Shown here one piece after another: positions 22,924-35,129 of a stretch of DNA of 64,000 bases. The notes under the pieces were generated by a model. The model made no database searches, was not told the DNA's origin, and was given only the letters and a program-made list of their open reading frames with translations. Position 1 is the first letter of the stretch. Each line of letters begins with the position of its first letter. A program made the translations under genes and the position numbers. Source of the DNA: Centroscyllium fabricii (Eukaryota); assembly GCA_051313645.2 (NCBI GenBank), contig JBNRSN020000028.1, positions 9,982,001 through 10,046,000 on the forward strand, read 5' to 3'.

Positions 22924-23449
22924 GTAAGTGAGCTGTTTAAGGATGTCTGTTTTATGTCTTAGAGCATAAAAGAGAAACAGGTCAACAAATTAATTGAAAT
23001 AAGAATCAAATGGAGAAAAGTGACAGAAATCATAACTTTGCTCTGTTGCTGCCAGCCCATCCTTGAGTTAGAAAGTAGTGAGCTGGATCCTCACTCTGTA
23101 CCGAAAACATGCAATGCAAGGTGATAGTCCAGTGCAGTACTGAGGGAGGGTTACATTAACAGAACTACTTGGGAAGCCTTCAGGGAGTTCTGGTGAACTG
23201 ATATATAAATGGTAGCCTTAGAGTATTAATGCAAAAAGTAAGTTCTGCTTGAGTGATAAACATAATATATATTTAAATCAGAGATACGTAATGACTAACA
23301 ATGGGCATTTGAAAATGGTTTCTGCAGATAGCCTCACAATTATGGCATTGGGTGATACCAACCAAGTATTCAAATATAACCGCCAGACAGATCAGCAATG
23401 ATCTAAAGTTAGTCTGAAGGGAGTTTTTGCTACAGGGGGCAATGCTGTG

Positions 23450-23512
23450 TGAATGACGGAGGTTTCAATAAGTTTATCTTTGGAAAAGGGACAAAGTTAA
23501 CTGTTGAGCCAA
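23450..23512 (+). CDS. TRAJ: J29, family A: NDGGFNKFIFGKGTKLTVEP
   Basis: 12-RSS, FGKG, GT donor. Confidence 0.92.
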
Positions 23513-23927
23513 GTAGGTATTCATTAATAACTATAGATTGTCTATTTACTTACATATATGTGTGAGTATTCGTCACTGCTGACAATTGATCAAATAATCT
23601 CTCTAAATGTTCAATTTTGCCTGAATATTGGAACATTGATGCCGCTTCTTAATGGAGTAGGGATATGATAATTCAGGGAATAAGGCAAGATTAGGCATTT
23701 GTTAATAATTCAACCTGGAATATTGATAATGCATGTATATAGCGTACAGTTGATTTCCTAGATAGTCAATCTGCTTGGCATCAGTTTTCTGCACTGGTGG
23801 GTAATGCATTGTGCATAATCTCAATTTATGATTTACAAACCAAGGAATCAAACATAACGGCCAGACAGAGCAGGAATGCACTAAAGTTAGTCTGAGAGGG
23901 GTTTTTGCCAAAGGGCGCAATGCTGTG

Positions 23928-23987
23928 TGAATGATGGAGGTTACAAATTGACATTTGGATCTGGGACCAAGCTAATGGTGCAGCCAA
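23928..23987 (+). CDS. TRAJ: J30, family B (chimeric): NDGGYKLTFGSGTKLMVQP
   Basis: A-type 12-RSS, FGSG, GT donor. Confidence 0.9.
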
Positions 23988-24678
23988 GTAAGAGAAGTTT
24001 AATTCTGTATTTTCTATTGGGATGATCACAGTCATTGTTTTGTTAATAAGTATCGTCAGTTCGTCACAATTAAAGGTAACTATCAGCAAAGACTGAACAG
24101 GCTGGGGATCAGTTCTCTGGGAAACAGAAGGCTGAAGGGTGATTAATAGAGGTCTTCAACATTATGAAGCGGTTAGACTTATAGAAGATCTTTCCACTTG
24201 TTGGGGAGACCAACACTAGGGCTGCTCTGTATGATATAGTCATTAATAAATCCAATAAAGTAATCAGGAGAATGTTATTTACCCAGAGAGTGCTTAGAAT
24301 GTGGAATTCGCTACCATATGGAGTACTTGATGGGAATAGCATAGATACAGTTAAGATAAGCACATGAGGGGGAAAGGATTAGAAGGATCTCTAGAGAGGG
24401 TTTGCTAAAGTAGGGAGGGAGGAGGCTTGTGTGGAGTATAATCCCGGGCACAGAACACTTGGGCTGAATGGTCTTTTTCTGTGCAGCCAATTCTATGTAA
24501 TTCTATGTTAATATGATTTGGTATGGAAGATATTAACTGGTTGCACATCACGAATTCAAAGGGAAAGATAAAAGTTATAAAACTCAGAAAACGGGTGGTT
24601 CTTTAAGAAATAACAAGTGATGAAAAATCTGGGAATATATGGCGGGGGAAGGTTTTAGTATCAGCATATCAGGCTGTG

Positions 24679-24738
24679 TGAATGTTGCTGGTAATAAGCT
24701 ACTGTTTGGATCTGGGACCAGGCTCAACGTTATACCAA
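24679..24738 (+). CDS. TRAJ: J31, family C: NVAGNKLLFGSGTRLNVIP
   Basis: C-type 12-RSS, FGSG, GT donor. Confidence 0.92.
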
Positions 24739-25259
24739 GTAAGTGAGATGTTTAAGGATGTCTGTTTTATGGGTTAGAGCATAAAAGAGAAGAAAGTTAA
24801 CAAATTAATGAAATAGCGGATCAAATGGAGAAAAGTGTCAGAAATCATAACTTTGCTCTGTTGCTGTCAGTCCATCCTTCGAGTTAGAAAATAGTGAGCT
24901 GGATCCTCAGTCTGTACCGAAAACATGTAATGCAAGGTGGTAGTCCAGCGCAGTACTGAGGGAGGGTCACATTAACAGAACTACTTGGGAATCAAACGGA
25001 GAGTTCTGATGAACTGATATATAAATGGTAGCCGTAGATTATTAATGAAAAAAAGTAAGTTAAGATTGAGTCATGAACAGAATTATTTTTAATCAGATAT
25101 ACCTAATAAATAAGACTGGGCATTTGAAAACGGTTTCTACAGATAGTATCACAATCATGGCATTGGGTGATACCAAGAATTAAATATAACCGCCAGACAG
25201 AGCAGAAATGCACTAACGTTAGTCTGAAGGGAGTTTTTGCTATAGGGAGTAATGCTGTG

Positions 25260-25325
25260 TGAATGTTGGAGCTGGTGGCAACAAGCTTATATTTGGAAAA
25301 GGGACAAAGTTAACCGTGCAGCCAA
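25260..25325 (+). CDS. TRAJ: J32, family A (longest): NVGAGGNKLIFGKGTKLTVQP
   Basis: 12-RSS, FGKG, GT donor; one extra codon. Confidence 0.92.
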
Positions 25326-26221
25326 GTAGGTATTCATTAATAACTATAGACTGTCTATTTACATACGTATATGGGCGTGTTCTCTTCACAGTTTACAAGG
25401 TATCAAATCATTTATCCAAATGTTCGATTAGTCCTAAATATTGGGACATTTATTATTTATTATTGGAATAAGTAAAGTATTATGTGCGATGGTTCTGATA
25501 AGTGGAGTTAATTTTCTGCCATTTTGCACCTTATTAACCTAAAATGATCATCTGAATTGAACATGATATTGGAGTATGGATATCATAATTCAGGATTATT
25601 GCCAGCATTATAACCTTCAACTAAAAACACTACTGCTTACAATCATCTTGAAACTAATTGCCATCTATTGATGTTAACGACAGGACAATAAAGACACTTG
25701 GCTGTAATAGAACAACCTAAACTCTCATTAATGAACCTACTGATTGACATTGGCAGGGAAAGTTGTCAGAATTCCTAGGCTTGCTGTGTTGTTGTCACTC
25801 CATTCTTTGAGTTAGAAAGTTGCGAGGTGGATCCTCACTCTACACCAAAACCTGTAATGCAAGTTGATAGACCAGCGAGGTACTGAGGAAGGGTTCCATT
25901 TTCAGAACTACTTGGGAATGTTCCACTTTTAGAAGTACTTGGGAAGTATTCGGAGAGTTCTGGTGAACTGATATATGAATGGTAGCCTTAACTCTTTAAT
26001 GCACAAGAAATAAGCCGTGCTTGGGTTACAAACAGAATTTTTAAAAATTAAATATTATTTCGCTTTCATAATTATCAATAGTTATTTAAAATGGTTTGTA
26101 CAGATCGTTTCACAGTAATAGGATTGAGTGATCCCAAGTATTCAAGTACAACCGCCAGACAGAGCAGCAATGTATTAAAGTTAGTCTGAAGGCAGTTTTT
26201 GCTAAAGGCCGCAATGCTGTG

Positions 26222-26284
26222 TGAATACTGGAAATCTCAACACGCTTATTTTTGGAAAAGGGACAAAGTTAATTGTGGAGCCAA
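26222..26284 (+). CDS. TRAJ: J33, family A: NTGNLNTLIFGKGTKLIVEP
   Basis: 12-RSS, FGKG, GT donor. Confidence 0.92.
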
Positions 26285-26591
26285 GTAGGTATTCATTAAT
26301 AATTATAGACGGTCTATTTACTTACATATGAGTGTGTGTTCTCTGCACTGTCCACAACGTGTCAAATCAATTCTCTCAATGTTCAATTAATCCTGAATAT
26401 TGGAACATTTGTGCCACTGTTTATTGGAGTAGGGATATGATAATTCAGGCAATAATGCAAAAATGGGCATTTGTATATAATATAACCTGGAATATTGATA
26501 AAACATAAATATAACATACAGTTGATATTGTAGATAGTCAATATGCCTGGCATCGGGTAAAATGGTTTATGCACTGGGATGTAATGCAGTG

Positions 26592-26648
26592 TGAGTAATC
26601 TCAATAAACTAACATTTGGATCTGGAACCGAACTAATGGTGCGGCCTA
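26592..26648 (+). CDS. TRAJ: J34, family B (native): SNLNKLTFGSGTELMVRP
   Basis: ggtttatgc-12-tgcagtg; FGSG; GT donor. Confidence 0.87.
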
Positions 26649-26867
26649 GTAAGTGAAGTTTAATTCTATAATTTTATTGCGACGATTACAGTCAATACAA
26701 TGTTTTGTTAATAAGCATCATCAGTTCGTTACAATTAAAGGTAACTATCAGCAAAGACTGAACAGGCTTGAGATTAGTTCTCGCAGAAGGACAAGTCTGA
26801 AGGGTGATTAATAGAGGTCTTCAACATTATGAAGCGGTTAGACTTATAGAAGATCTCTCCACTTGTT

Positions 26868-27038
26868 GGGGATAGGGTGGGATATGTGGTGGTGCAGGCT
26901 CGATAGGGATCGAGGGATATGGGGAGAGGGCAGGGGCGGGATACTGGGTTTGGATGATCAGCCATGAACTCATTGAATGGCGGAGCAGGCTCGAAGGGCC
27001 GAATGGCCTACTCCTGCTCCTAGTTTCTATGTTTCTAT
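26868..27038 (+). mobile_element. HE1-like SINE, 3' fragment
   Basis: 3' part plus tail. Confidence 0.85.
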
Positions 27039-27579
27039 CTAGGGCTCCTCTGTGTGATATAGTCATTAATAAATCCAATAATGAATTCAGGAGAAAGTAA
27101 TTTACCTAGAGAGCGGTTACAATGTGAAACTCGCTACTACATTGGAGTACTTGATGGGAATAGCACAGATGCACTTAAGATAGGCACATGAGGGAGAAAG
27201 GATTAGGAGGATCTGCAGAGAGCGTTTGATAAATTAGAGAGGGAGGAGGTTTGGGTGGACCATAAACCCGGGCACAGGCCAGTTGCCCGAATGGATTCTT
27301 TCTGTGCTGCCAATTCTATGTAATGCTATGTGAAAGCACAAAAGAGAAGCAGGTCAACAACTTAATTAAAATGTGGATCAAATGAAGAAAGTATCAGAAA
27401 ACATAACTTTGCTCTGTTGCTGGCAGACCATCCTTGAGTTAGAAAGTTCTGAGCTGGGTCATCACGCTTTACTGAAAAGATGTAATGGAAATCGATACTC
27501 CAGCACAGTACTGAGGGAGGGGTCCACTTTCAGAACTACTTGCGATGCATTCGGGGAATTCTGGTGATCTGATATATAA

Positions 27580-28127
27580 ATTCAATTCAATTCAATTCAA
27601 GTTTTATTGTCATTGCAGAGTACTAGTACAACACAACGAGACGAAGACTCGACGCTCCCGAGAGTAGTGCAAATAAATTGCATGCAAATTGCATACAGAA
27701 AAGTACATGTTCAGGCATCGGAGGAGGACAGTGTTAATGACTGGTCTTCCGGGGATTGCAGGACTTTGGTGGCTGGCTCCCTGTTGTCCCTGTCGAAGCG
27801 AGCGTAGAAGTTGTTGAGTTCCTCCGGTAGGGAGGCATCGCTGGTCGGGGGGCTGGTGTTTCTGCACTTGTAGTCCGTGATGGACTGTATGCCTTGCCAC
27901 ATACGTCGAGGGTCCGAGTTGTTGTGAAAGTGTTCCTCTATCTTCAGTGTCTGATTCCGTTTGGCAGACCTGATACCCCTCTTTAGGTCGGCCCTGGCTG
28001 TGCTGTAAGCCGCCACATCCCCAGATTTGAAAGCTGTGTCACGCACCTTCAGCAGCGAGCGGACCTCCCCATTCATCCAGGGTTTCTGGTTGGGGAATGT
28101 CTTGATGGTTTATTGGGTAGTGACTAA
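27580..28127 (-). mobile_element. Rex1/Babar LINE fragment, internally deleted
   Basis: FPNQKPWMNGEVRSLLKVRDTAFKSGD..RRMWQGIQSITDYK..ELNNFYARFD, joined to a tail aatgacaataaaac(ttgaa)n. Confidence 0.88.
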
Positions 28128-28366
28128 GGGTAGCCTTAGAGTATTAATGTAAAAAGTACGTTTATCCTTGAGTGATGACCAGGATATATATTTAAAAATC
28201 AGAGATACCTAATAAATAACAACGGGCATTTGAAAACGGTTTCTACAGATAGCCTCACAATTATGGCATTGGGTGATCCCAAGTATTCAAATATAACCGC
28301 CAGACAGAGCAACAACGCACTAACGTTAGTCTGAAGGGAGTTTTTGCTAAAGGGGGCAATGCTGTG

Positions 28367-28429
28367 TGAATGCTGGAGGTGCCACCAAACTTATATTTGG
28401 AAAAGGGACAAAGTTAACTGTTGAGCCAA
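28367..28429 (+). CDS. TRAJ: J35, family A: NAGGATKLIFGKGTKLTVEP
   Basis: 12-RSS, FGKG, GT donor. Confidence 0.92.
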
Positions 28430-28789
28430 GTAGGTATTCATTAATAACTGTAGATGGTCCATTTGCTTACATATCTGAGTGTGTCCTCTGCACTGCCCAC
28501 ATCACATTGGAGTAGGGATGTGAGAATTAATGGAATAATTGAAGAATAGGCATTTGTTCATAATTTAACCTGGAATATTGAGAATGCATATATAAAACGT
28601 ACAGTTGATTTCATAGATAATCAATATGGTTGGCATCAGGTCAACGGTTTCTGTCCTGGCATGTAATGCATTGTGCATAAGCACAACTTATGCTGTACAA
28701 ACCAAGTATTCAAACATAGCGGCCAGAAAGAGCAACAATTAACTAAAGTTAGTCTGAAGGGAGTTTTTGCTAAAGGCTGCAATGCGGTG

Positions 28790-28849
28790 TGAATGTTGGA
28801 GGTTTCAAACTAACATTTGGATCTGGGACAAAACTAATGGTGCAGCCAA
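28790..28849 (+). CDS. TRAJ: J36, family B (chimeric): NVGGFKLTFGSGTKLMVQP
   Basis: A-type 12-RSS, heptamer tgcggtg; FGSG; GT donor. Confidence 0.88.
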
Positions 28850-29559
28850 GTAAGAGAAGTTTAATTCTGTATTTTTATTGTGATGATCACAGTTTAAAAC
28901 ATTGTTTTACTAATAAGTGCTGTCAGTTCGTTGCAATTAAAGGTAAACATTACCAAAGACTGAGCAGTCTGGGGATCAGTTCTCTGGGAAAGAGAACTGA
29001 TCCCCAGCTGAAGGGTGCCTTAATACAGGTCTTCAACATGATGAAGGGGTCAGACTAATAGAAGATCTTTCCACTTGTTGGGGAGACCAAAACTAGTGAT
29101 CCTCTGTATCATACAGTCATTAATATATCCAATAAAGAATTCAGGAGAGCGTTATTTACCCAGAGAGTGCTTAGAATGTAGAACTCACTACTATATAGAG
29201 TAGCTGATGGGAATAGCACAGATGCATTTAGGATGCGCCCATTGGGAGAAAGGATTAGAAGGATCTGCAGAGAGGATTTGATAAAGTGGGGAGAGAGGAG
29301 GCTTGTGTGGAATATAAACCCGGGCACAGACCAATTGGGCAGAATGCGTTGATTCTGTGCAGCCAATTCTGTGTAATTCTATGGTAATGTTATTTGCTAT
29401 GGAAGATATTAACTGGTTGCACGTCATAAATTCAAAGGGTCATGTAAACATTCCACAACTTAACTCAAAAAACGGATGGTTCTTTAAGAAATAACAAATG
29501 ATGTAATGTCTGGGAATGTCAGGCTGGGGAAGGTTTTAGTATCAGTATGTCAGGCTGTG

Positions 29560-29617
29560 AATGCTGCTGATTATAAGCTGATCTTCGGATCTGGGACCAG
29601 GCTCAATGTTATACCAA
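29560..29617 (+). CDS. TRAJ: J37, family C: NAADYKLIFGSGTRLNVIP
   Basis: C-type 12-RSS; lacks the leading TG of its paralogues; FGSG; GT donor. Confidence 0.9.
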
Positions 29618-30132
29618 GTAAGTTAGATGTTTAGGATGTCTGTTTTATGTGTCAGCGCATAAAAAAGAAGCAGGTCAACAAATTAATTAAAATGTGGATC
29701 AAATTGAAAAAAAGTGACAGAAACCACAACTTTGCTCTGTTGCTGTCAGTCCATCCTTCGAGTTAGAAAGTCGTGAGCTGGATCCACACTCTGTACCAAA
29801 AGCATGTGATGCAAGGTGATAGTCCAGTGCAGTATTGACGGATGGTTACATTTCTAGAACTACTTGGGAAGCATTCGGAGAGTTCTGGTGAACTGATATA
29901 TAAATGGTAGCGTTAGAGTATTAATGTAAACAGTACGTTTTGCTTGCGTTAATAATCTTAGGAAAAGCAGACAGGGCTAAAAATTAAAAATGGACATTTT
30001 ACAAACGATTTCTACAAATATCACAATTATGGGATTGTGTGGAACCAAGTAATCAAATATAACCGCCAGACAGAGCAGCAATGTACTAAAGTTCGTCTGA
30101 AGGGGGTTTCTGTTAAAGGGGGCAATGCTGTG

Positions 30133-30195
30133 TGAATGCTGGAGCTGGCAGCAAGCTTATCTTTGGAAAAGGGACAAAGTTAACTGTTGAGCCAA
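30133..30195 (+). CDS. TRAJ: J38, family A: NAGAGSKLIFGKGTKLTVEP
   Basis: 12-RSS (ggtttctgt), FGKG, GT donor. Confidence 0.9.
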
Positions 30196-30390
30196 GTAGG
30201 TATTCATTAATAACTACAGGCTGTCTATTTACTTACATACATGTGTGTTTTCACTGAACGGCTGACAATGTATCAAATCATTTCTCAAAATATTCAATTA
30301 CTCCTGAATATTGTAGCATTTACTGGTGTATGGTTATGATAATTCAGGGAATAAAGCAAGAATAGGCATTTGTTCATAAATTAACCTGGA

Positions 30391-30808
30391 ATAGAAACAT
30401 AGAAACATAGAAACATAGAAAGTAGGAGCAGGAGTAGGCCATTCGGCCCTTCGAGCCTGCTCCGCCATTCAATGAGACCATGGCTGATCATCCAAACCCA
30501 GTAACCGATCCCTGCCCTCTCCCTATATCCCTCGATCCCTATCGAGCCTCCACCGACACATATCCCACCCTATCCCCGTAACCCCACATATTCAATCCCC
30601 CTAACACTAAGGGTCAATTTATCATGGCCAATCAACCTAACCCGCACATCTTTGGACTGTGGGAGGAAACCGGAGCACCCGGAGGAAACCCACGCAGACA
30701 CAAGGAGAATGTGCAAACTCCACACAGATAGTACCCGAGGCTGAATTTGAACCCGGGTCTCCAGTGCTGTGAGACAACAGTGCTAACCACTGTGCCACCG
30801 TGCTGCCC
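30391..30808 (-). mobile_element. HE1-like SINE, full length
   Basis: Reverse complement of the 886-1288 family. Confidence 0.88.
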
Positions 30809-31034
30809 ACTCTCTGGGTAAATATTGACAATGCATATATATAACGCACAGTATATTTTGTAGACCGTCATCTGCTTGGCATCACTAAAAGGTTTCTGTT
30901 CTGGCGGGTATTGCATTGTGCATAGTCTCAATTTATGAGGGGCAAATCAAGTATTCAAATAAAACGGCCAGAAAGTGCAGGAATGCACTAAAGTTAATCT
31001 GAAGGGGGGTTTTGCCAAAGGGCACAATGCTGTG

Positions 31035-31094
31035 TGAACGATGCAGGTTTCAAACTAACATTTGGATCTGGGACCAAACTAATGATTCGCCCAA
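31035..31094 (+). CDS. TRAJ: J39, family B (chimeric): NDAGFKLTFGSGTKLMIRP
   Basis: A-type 12-RSS, FGSG, GT donor. Confidence 0.9.
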
Positions 31095-31798
31095 GTAAGA
31101 GAAGTATAATTCTGTATTTTCTATCGGGATGATCACAGTCAAAACATTGCTTTGTTAATAAAAATCTTCAGTTGGTTACAATTCAAGGTAACTATCAGCA
31201 AAAACTGAACAGGCTGGGGATCAGTTCTGTGGGAAACAGAAGGCTGAAGGGTGAATTAATGAAGGTCTTCAACATTGTTGAGGGGTTAGAGTTATAGAAG
31301 ATCTTTCCACTTGTTGGGAAGACCAAAGCTACAGCTCCTGTGTATGATATTATTACTAACAAATCCAATAAAGTATTCAGGAGAATGTTGTTTTCCCAGA
31401 GAGTGCTTAGAATGTGAATCTCGCCACTATATATGAAGTAGTGGATGGGAATAGCATAGATGGATTTAATATAAGCCCATGAGGGGGAAAGGATTAGAAG
31501 GATCTGCAGAAAGGGTCTGATAATGTAGGGAGGGAGGAGGCTTGTGTGGAGCATAATCCCGGGCACACACCAGTTGGGCCGAATGGATTGTTTCTGTGCT
31601 GCCAAGTCTATGTAATTCTAAGTAACAGTTATTTGGTATGGAAGATATTAACTGTTTGCACATCAGAAATTCAAAGTCAAACGCAAACATTCCACAACCT
31701 AACTCAAAAAATGGTTGGTTCTTTAGGAAATAACAAGTGATGTAATGTCTGGGAATGTCTGGCTGGGGAAGGTTTTAGTATCAGTATATCAGGCTGTG

Positions 31799-31858
31799 TG
31801 AATGCTGCTGAATATAAGCTGGTCTTTGGATCTGGGACCAGGCTCAATGTTTTATCAA
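31799..31858 (+). CDS. TRAJ: J40, family C: NAAEYKLVFGSGTRLNVLS
   Basis: C-type 12-RSS, FGSG, GT donor. Confidence 0.9.
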
Positions 31859-32386
31859 GTAAGTGAGATGTTTCTGGATGTGTGTTTTATGTGTTAGAGC
31901 ACAAAACTGGAGCAGGTCAACAAATTAATTAAAATCTGGATCAAATAGAGAGAAGTGTCAGAAGTCATAATTTTGCTCTGTTGCTGTCAATCCATCCTTG
32001 GAGTTAGAAGGTAGTGAGATGGATCCACACTCTGTACCGAAAATATGCAATGCAAGGTGGTAGTCCAGCGCAGTACTGAGGGAGGGTTACATTAACAGAA
32101 CTACTTGGGAATCAAACGGAGAGTTCTGCTGAACCGATATATAAATGGTAGCCTTAGCTTATTAATGAAAAAAGTAAGTTAAGCTTGAGTGATGAACAGA
32201 ATGTTTTTTTTAAGAAAAATCAAATATACCTAATAAATAAGAATGAGCTTTTGAAAACGGTTTCTACAGATAGTATCACAATCATGGCATTGGGTGATAC
32301 CAAGAATTAAATATAACCGCCAGACAGAGCAGAAATGAACTAAAGTTAGTCTGAAGGGAGTTTTTGCTACAGGGAGTAATGCTGTG

Positions 32387-32449
32387 TGAATGTTGGAGGT
32401 GGCAACAAGCTTACCTTTGGAAAAGGGACAAAGTTAACCGTGGAGCCAA
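32387..32449 (+). CDS. TRAJ: J41, family A: NVGGGNKLTFGKGTKLTVEP
   Basis: 12-RSS, FGKG, GT donor. Confidence 0.92.
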
Positions 32450-33353
32450 GTAGGTATTCATTAATAACTATAGACTGTTTACATGCGTATATCGGCGTGT
32501 TCTCTTCACACTTTACAAAGTATCAAATCATTTCTCTAAATGTTCACTTACTCCTGAATATCGGGACATTTATTATTTATTATTGGAGTAAGGATATGAT
32601 AAGTAAATTATCATGAGTGATGGTTCTGATAAGTGGAGTTAATTTCCTGCCATCATGCACCTTATTAACCTAAAATGATAATCTGAATTGAACATGATAT
32701 TGGAGTATGGATATCATAATTCAGGATTATTGCCAGCATTATAACGTCCAACTAAAGACTTTAATGCTTACAATCATCTTGAAACTAATTGCCATCTATT
32801 GATGTTAACGACAGGACAATAAAGACACTTGGCTGTAATAGAACAACCTAAACTCTCATTAATGAACCTACTGATTGACATTGGCAGGGAAAGGTGTCAG
32901 AATTTATAGGTTAGCTGTGTTGTTATCACTCCATTCTTTGAGTTAGAAAGTTGCGAGGTGGATCCTCACTCTACACCGAAAACAGGTAATGCAAGTTGAT
33001 AGTCCAGCGAGGTACTGAGGAAGGGTTCCATTTTCAGAACTACTTGGGAATGTTCCACTTTTAGAAGTACTTGGGAAGTATTCGGAGAGTTCTGGTGAAC
33101 TGATATATGAATGGTAGCCTTAACGCCTTAATGCACAGGAAATAAGCCATGCTTGGGTTACAAATAGAACTTTAAAAAATTCAATATTATTTCGCTTAAA
33201 TAATTATCAATGGTTATTTAAAATGGTTTGTACAGAGAGTTTAACAGTAATAGGATTGAGCGATCCCAAATATTGAAATATAACCGCCAGTCAGAGCAGG
33301 AATGTACCAATGTTAGTCTGAGGGGAGTTTTTGCTAAAGGCCGCAATGCTGTG

Positions 33354-33416
33354 TGAATGCTGGAAATTTCAACAAGCTTATTTTTGGAAAAGGGACACAG
33401 TTAATTGTGGAGCCAA
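33354..33416 (+). CDS. TRAJ: J42, family A: NAGNFNKLIFGKGTQLIVEP
   Basis: 12-RSS, FGKG, GT donor. Confidence 0.92.
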
Positions 33417-33723
33417 GTAGGTATTCATTAATAGATATAGACGGTCTATTTACTTACATATGAGTGTGTATTCTCTGCACTGCCCACAATGTGTCAAATC
33501 AATTCTCTCACTGTTCAATTAATCCTGAATATTGGAACATTTATGCCACTGTTTATTGGAGTAGGGATATGATAATTCAGGCAATAATGCAAAAATGGGC
33601 ATTTGTATATAATATAACCTGGAATATTGATAAAACTTAAATATAACAAACAGTTGATTTTGTAGGTAGTCAATATGCCTGGCATCGGGTAAAATGGTTT
33701 ATGCACTGGGATGTAATGCAGTG

Positions 33724-33779
33724 TGAGTAATCTCAATAAACTAACATTTGGATCTGGACCAAACTAATGGTGCGGCCTA
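33724..33779 (+). pseudogene. TRAJ: J43, family B (native) frameshifted: SNLNKLTFGSGPN*
   Basis: 1-bp deletion (tctggacc vs tctgggacc) brings TAA in frame; could be a sequencing error in a G run. Confidence 0.78.
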
Positions 33780-34481
33780 GTAAGTGAAGTTTAATTTTAT
33801 ATTTTTATTGCGATGATTACAGTCAATACAATGTTATGTTAATAAGCATCATCAGTTCGTTACAATTAAAGGTAACCATCAGCAAAGACTGAACAGGCTG
33901 GGGATTAGTTCTCTGGGAAAGAGAGCTGATCCCCAGCTGATCAATAGAGGTTTACAACATGATGAAGTGGTTAGACTTATAGAAGATCTTTCCACTTGTT
34001 GGGCAGACCAGAACTAGGGATCCTCTCTATGATATAGTCATTAATAAATTTAATAAAGAATTCCGGAGAGCGTTATTTACCCAGAGAGTGCTTAGAATGT
34101 GGAACTCGCCAATATATGAAATAGTGGATGGGAATAGCATAGATGGATTTAATATAAGCCCATGAGGGGGAAATGATTAGAAAGATCTGCAGAGATGGTT
34201 TGATAAAGTAAGGAGGGAGGAGGCTTGTATGGAGCATAATCCCGGGCACAGACCAGTTGGGCCGAATGGGCTGTTTCTGTGCTGCCAATTCTATGTAATG
34301 CTTTGTTAATGTTATTTGCTATGGAAGATAGTAACTGTTTGCACATCAGAAATTCAAAGTCAAACGCAAACATTCCAAAACCTAACTCAAAAAATGGTTG
34401 GTTCTTTAGGAAATAACAAGTGATGTAATGTCTGGGAATGTCTGGCTGGGGAGGGTTTTAGTATCAGCATATCAGGCTGTG

Positions 34482-34541
34482 TGAATGTTGCTGATTATAA
34501 GCTGGTCTTTGGATCTGGGACCAGGCTCAATGTTATACCAA
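34482..34541 (+). CDS. TRAJ: J44, family C: NVADYKLVFGSGTRLNVIP
   Basis: C-type 12-RSS, FGSG, GT donor. Confidence 0.92.
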
Positions 34542-35066
34542 GTAAGTGAGATGTTTCTGGATGTGTGTTTTATGTGTTAGAGCACAAAACTGGAGCAGGT
34601 CAACAAATTAATTAAAATCTGGATCAAATAGAGAGAAGTGTCAGAAGTCATAATTTTGCTCTGTTGCTCTCAGCCCATCCTTGGAGTTAGAAAGTAGTGA
34701 GATGGATCCTCACTCTGTACCGAAAACATGTAATGCAAGGTGGTAGTCCAGCGCAGTACTGAGGGGGGGTCACATTAACAGAACTACTTGGGAATCAATC
34801 AGAGAGTTCTGGTGAACTGATATATAAATGGTAGCCTTAGCTTATTAATGACAATAGTAAGTTAAGATTGAGTGATGAACAGAATGTTATTGAAAAAAAT
34901 CTAATATACCTAATAAATAAGAATGAGCTTTTGAAAACGGTTTCTACAGATAGTATCACAATCATGGCATTGGGTGATACCAAGAATTAAATATAACCGC
35001 CAGACAGAGCAGAAATGAACTAAAGTTAGTCTGAAGGGAGTTTTTGCTACAGGGAGTAATGCTGTG

Positions 35067-35129
35067 TGAATGCTGTAGCTGGCAACAAGCTTACCTTTGG
35101 AAAAGGGACAAAGTTAACCGTGGAGCCAA
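35067..35129 (+). CDS. TRAJ: J45, family A: NAVAGNKLTFGKGTKLTVEP
   Basis: 12-RSS, FGKG, GT donor. Confidence 0.92.
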
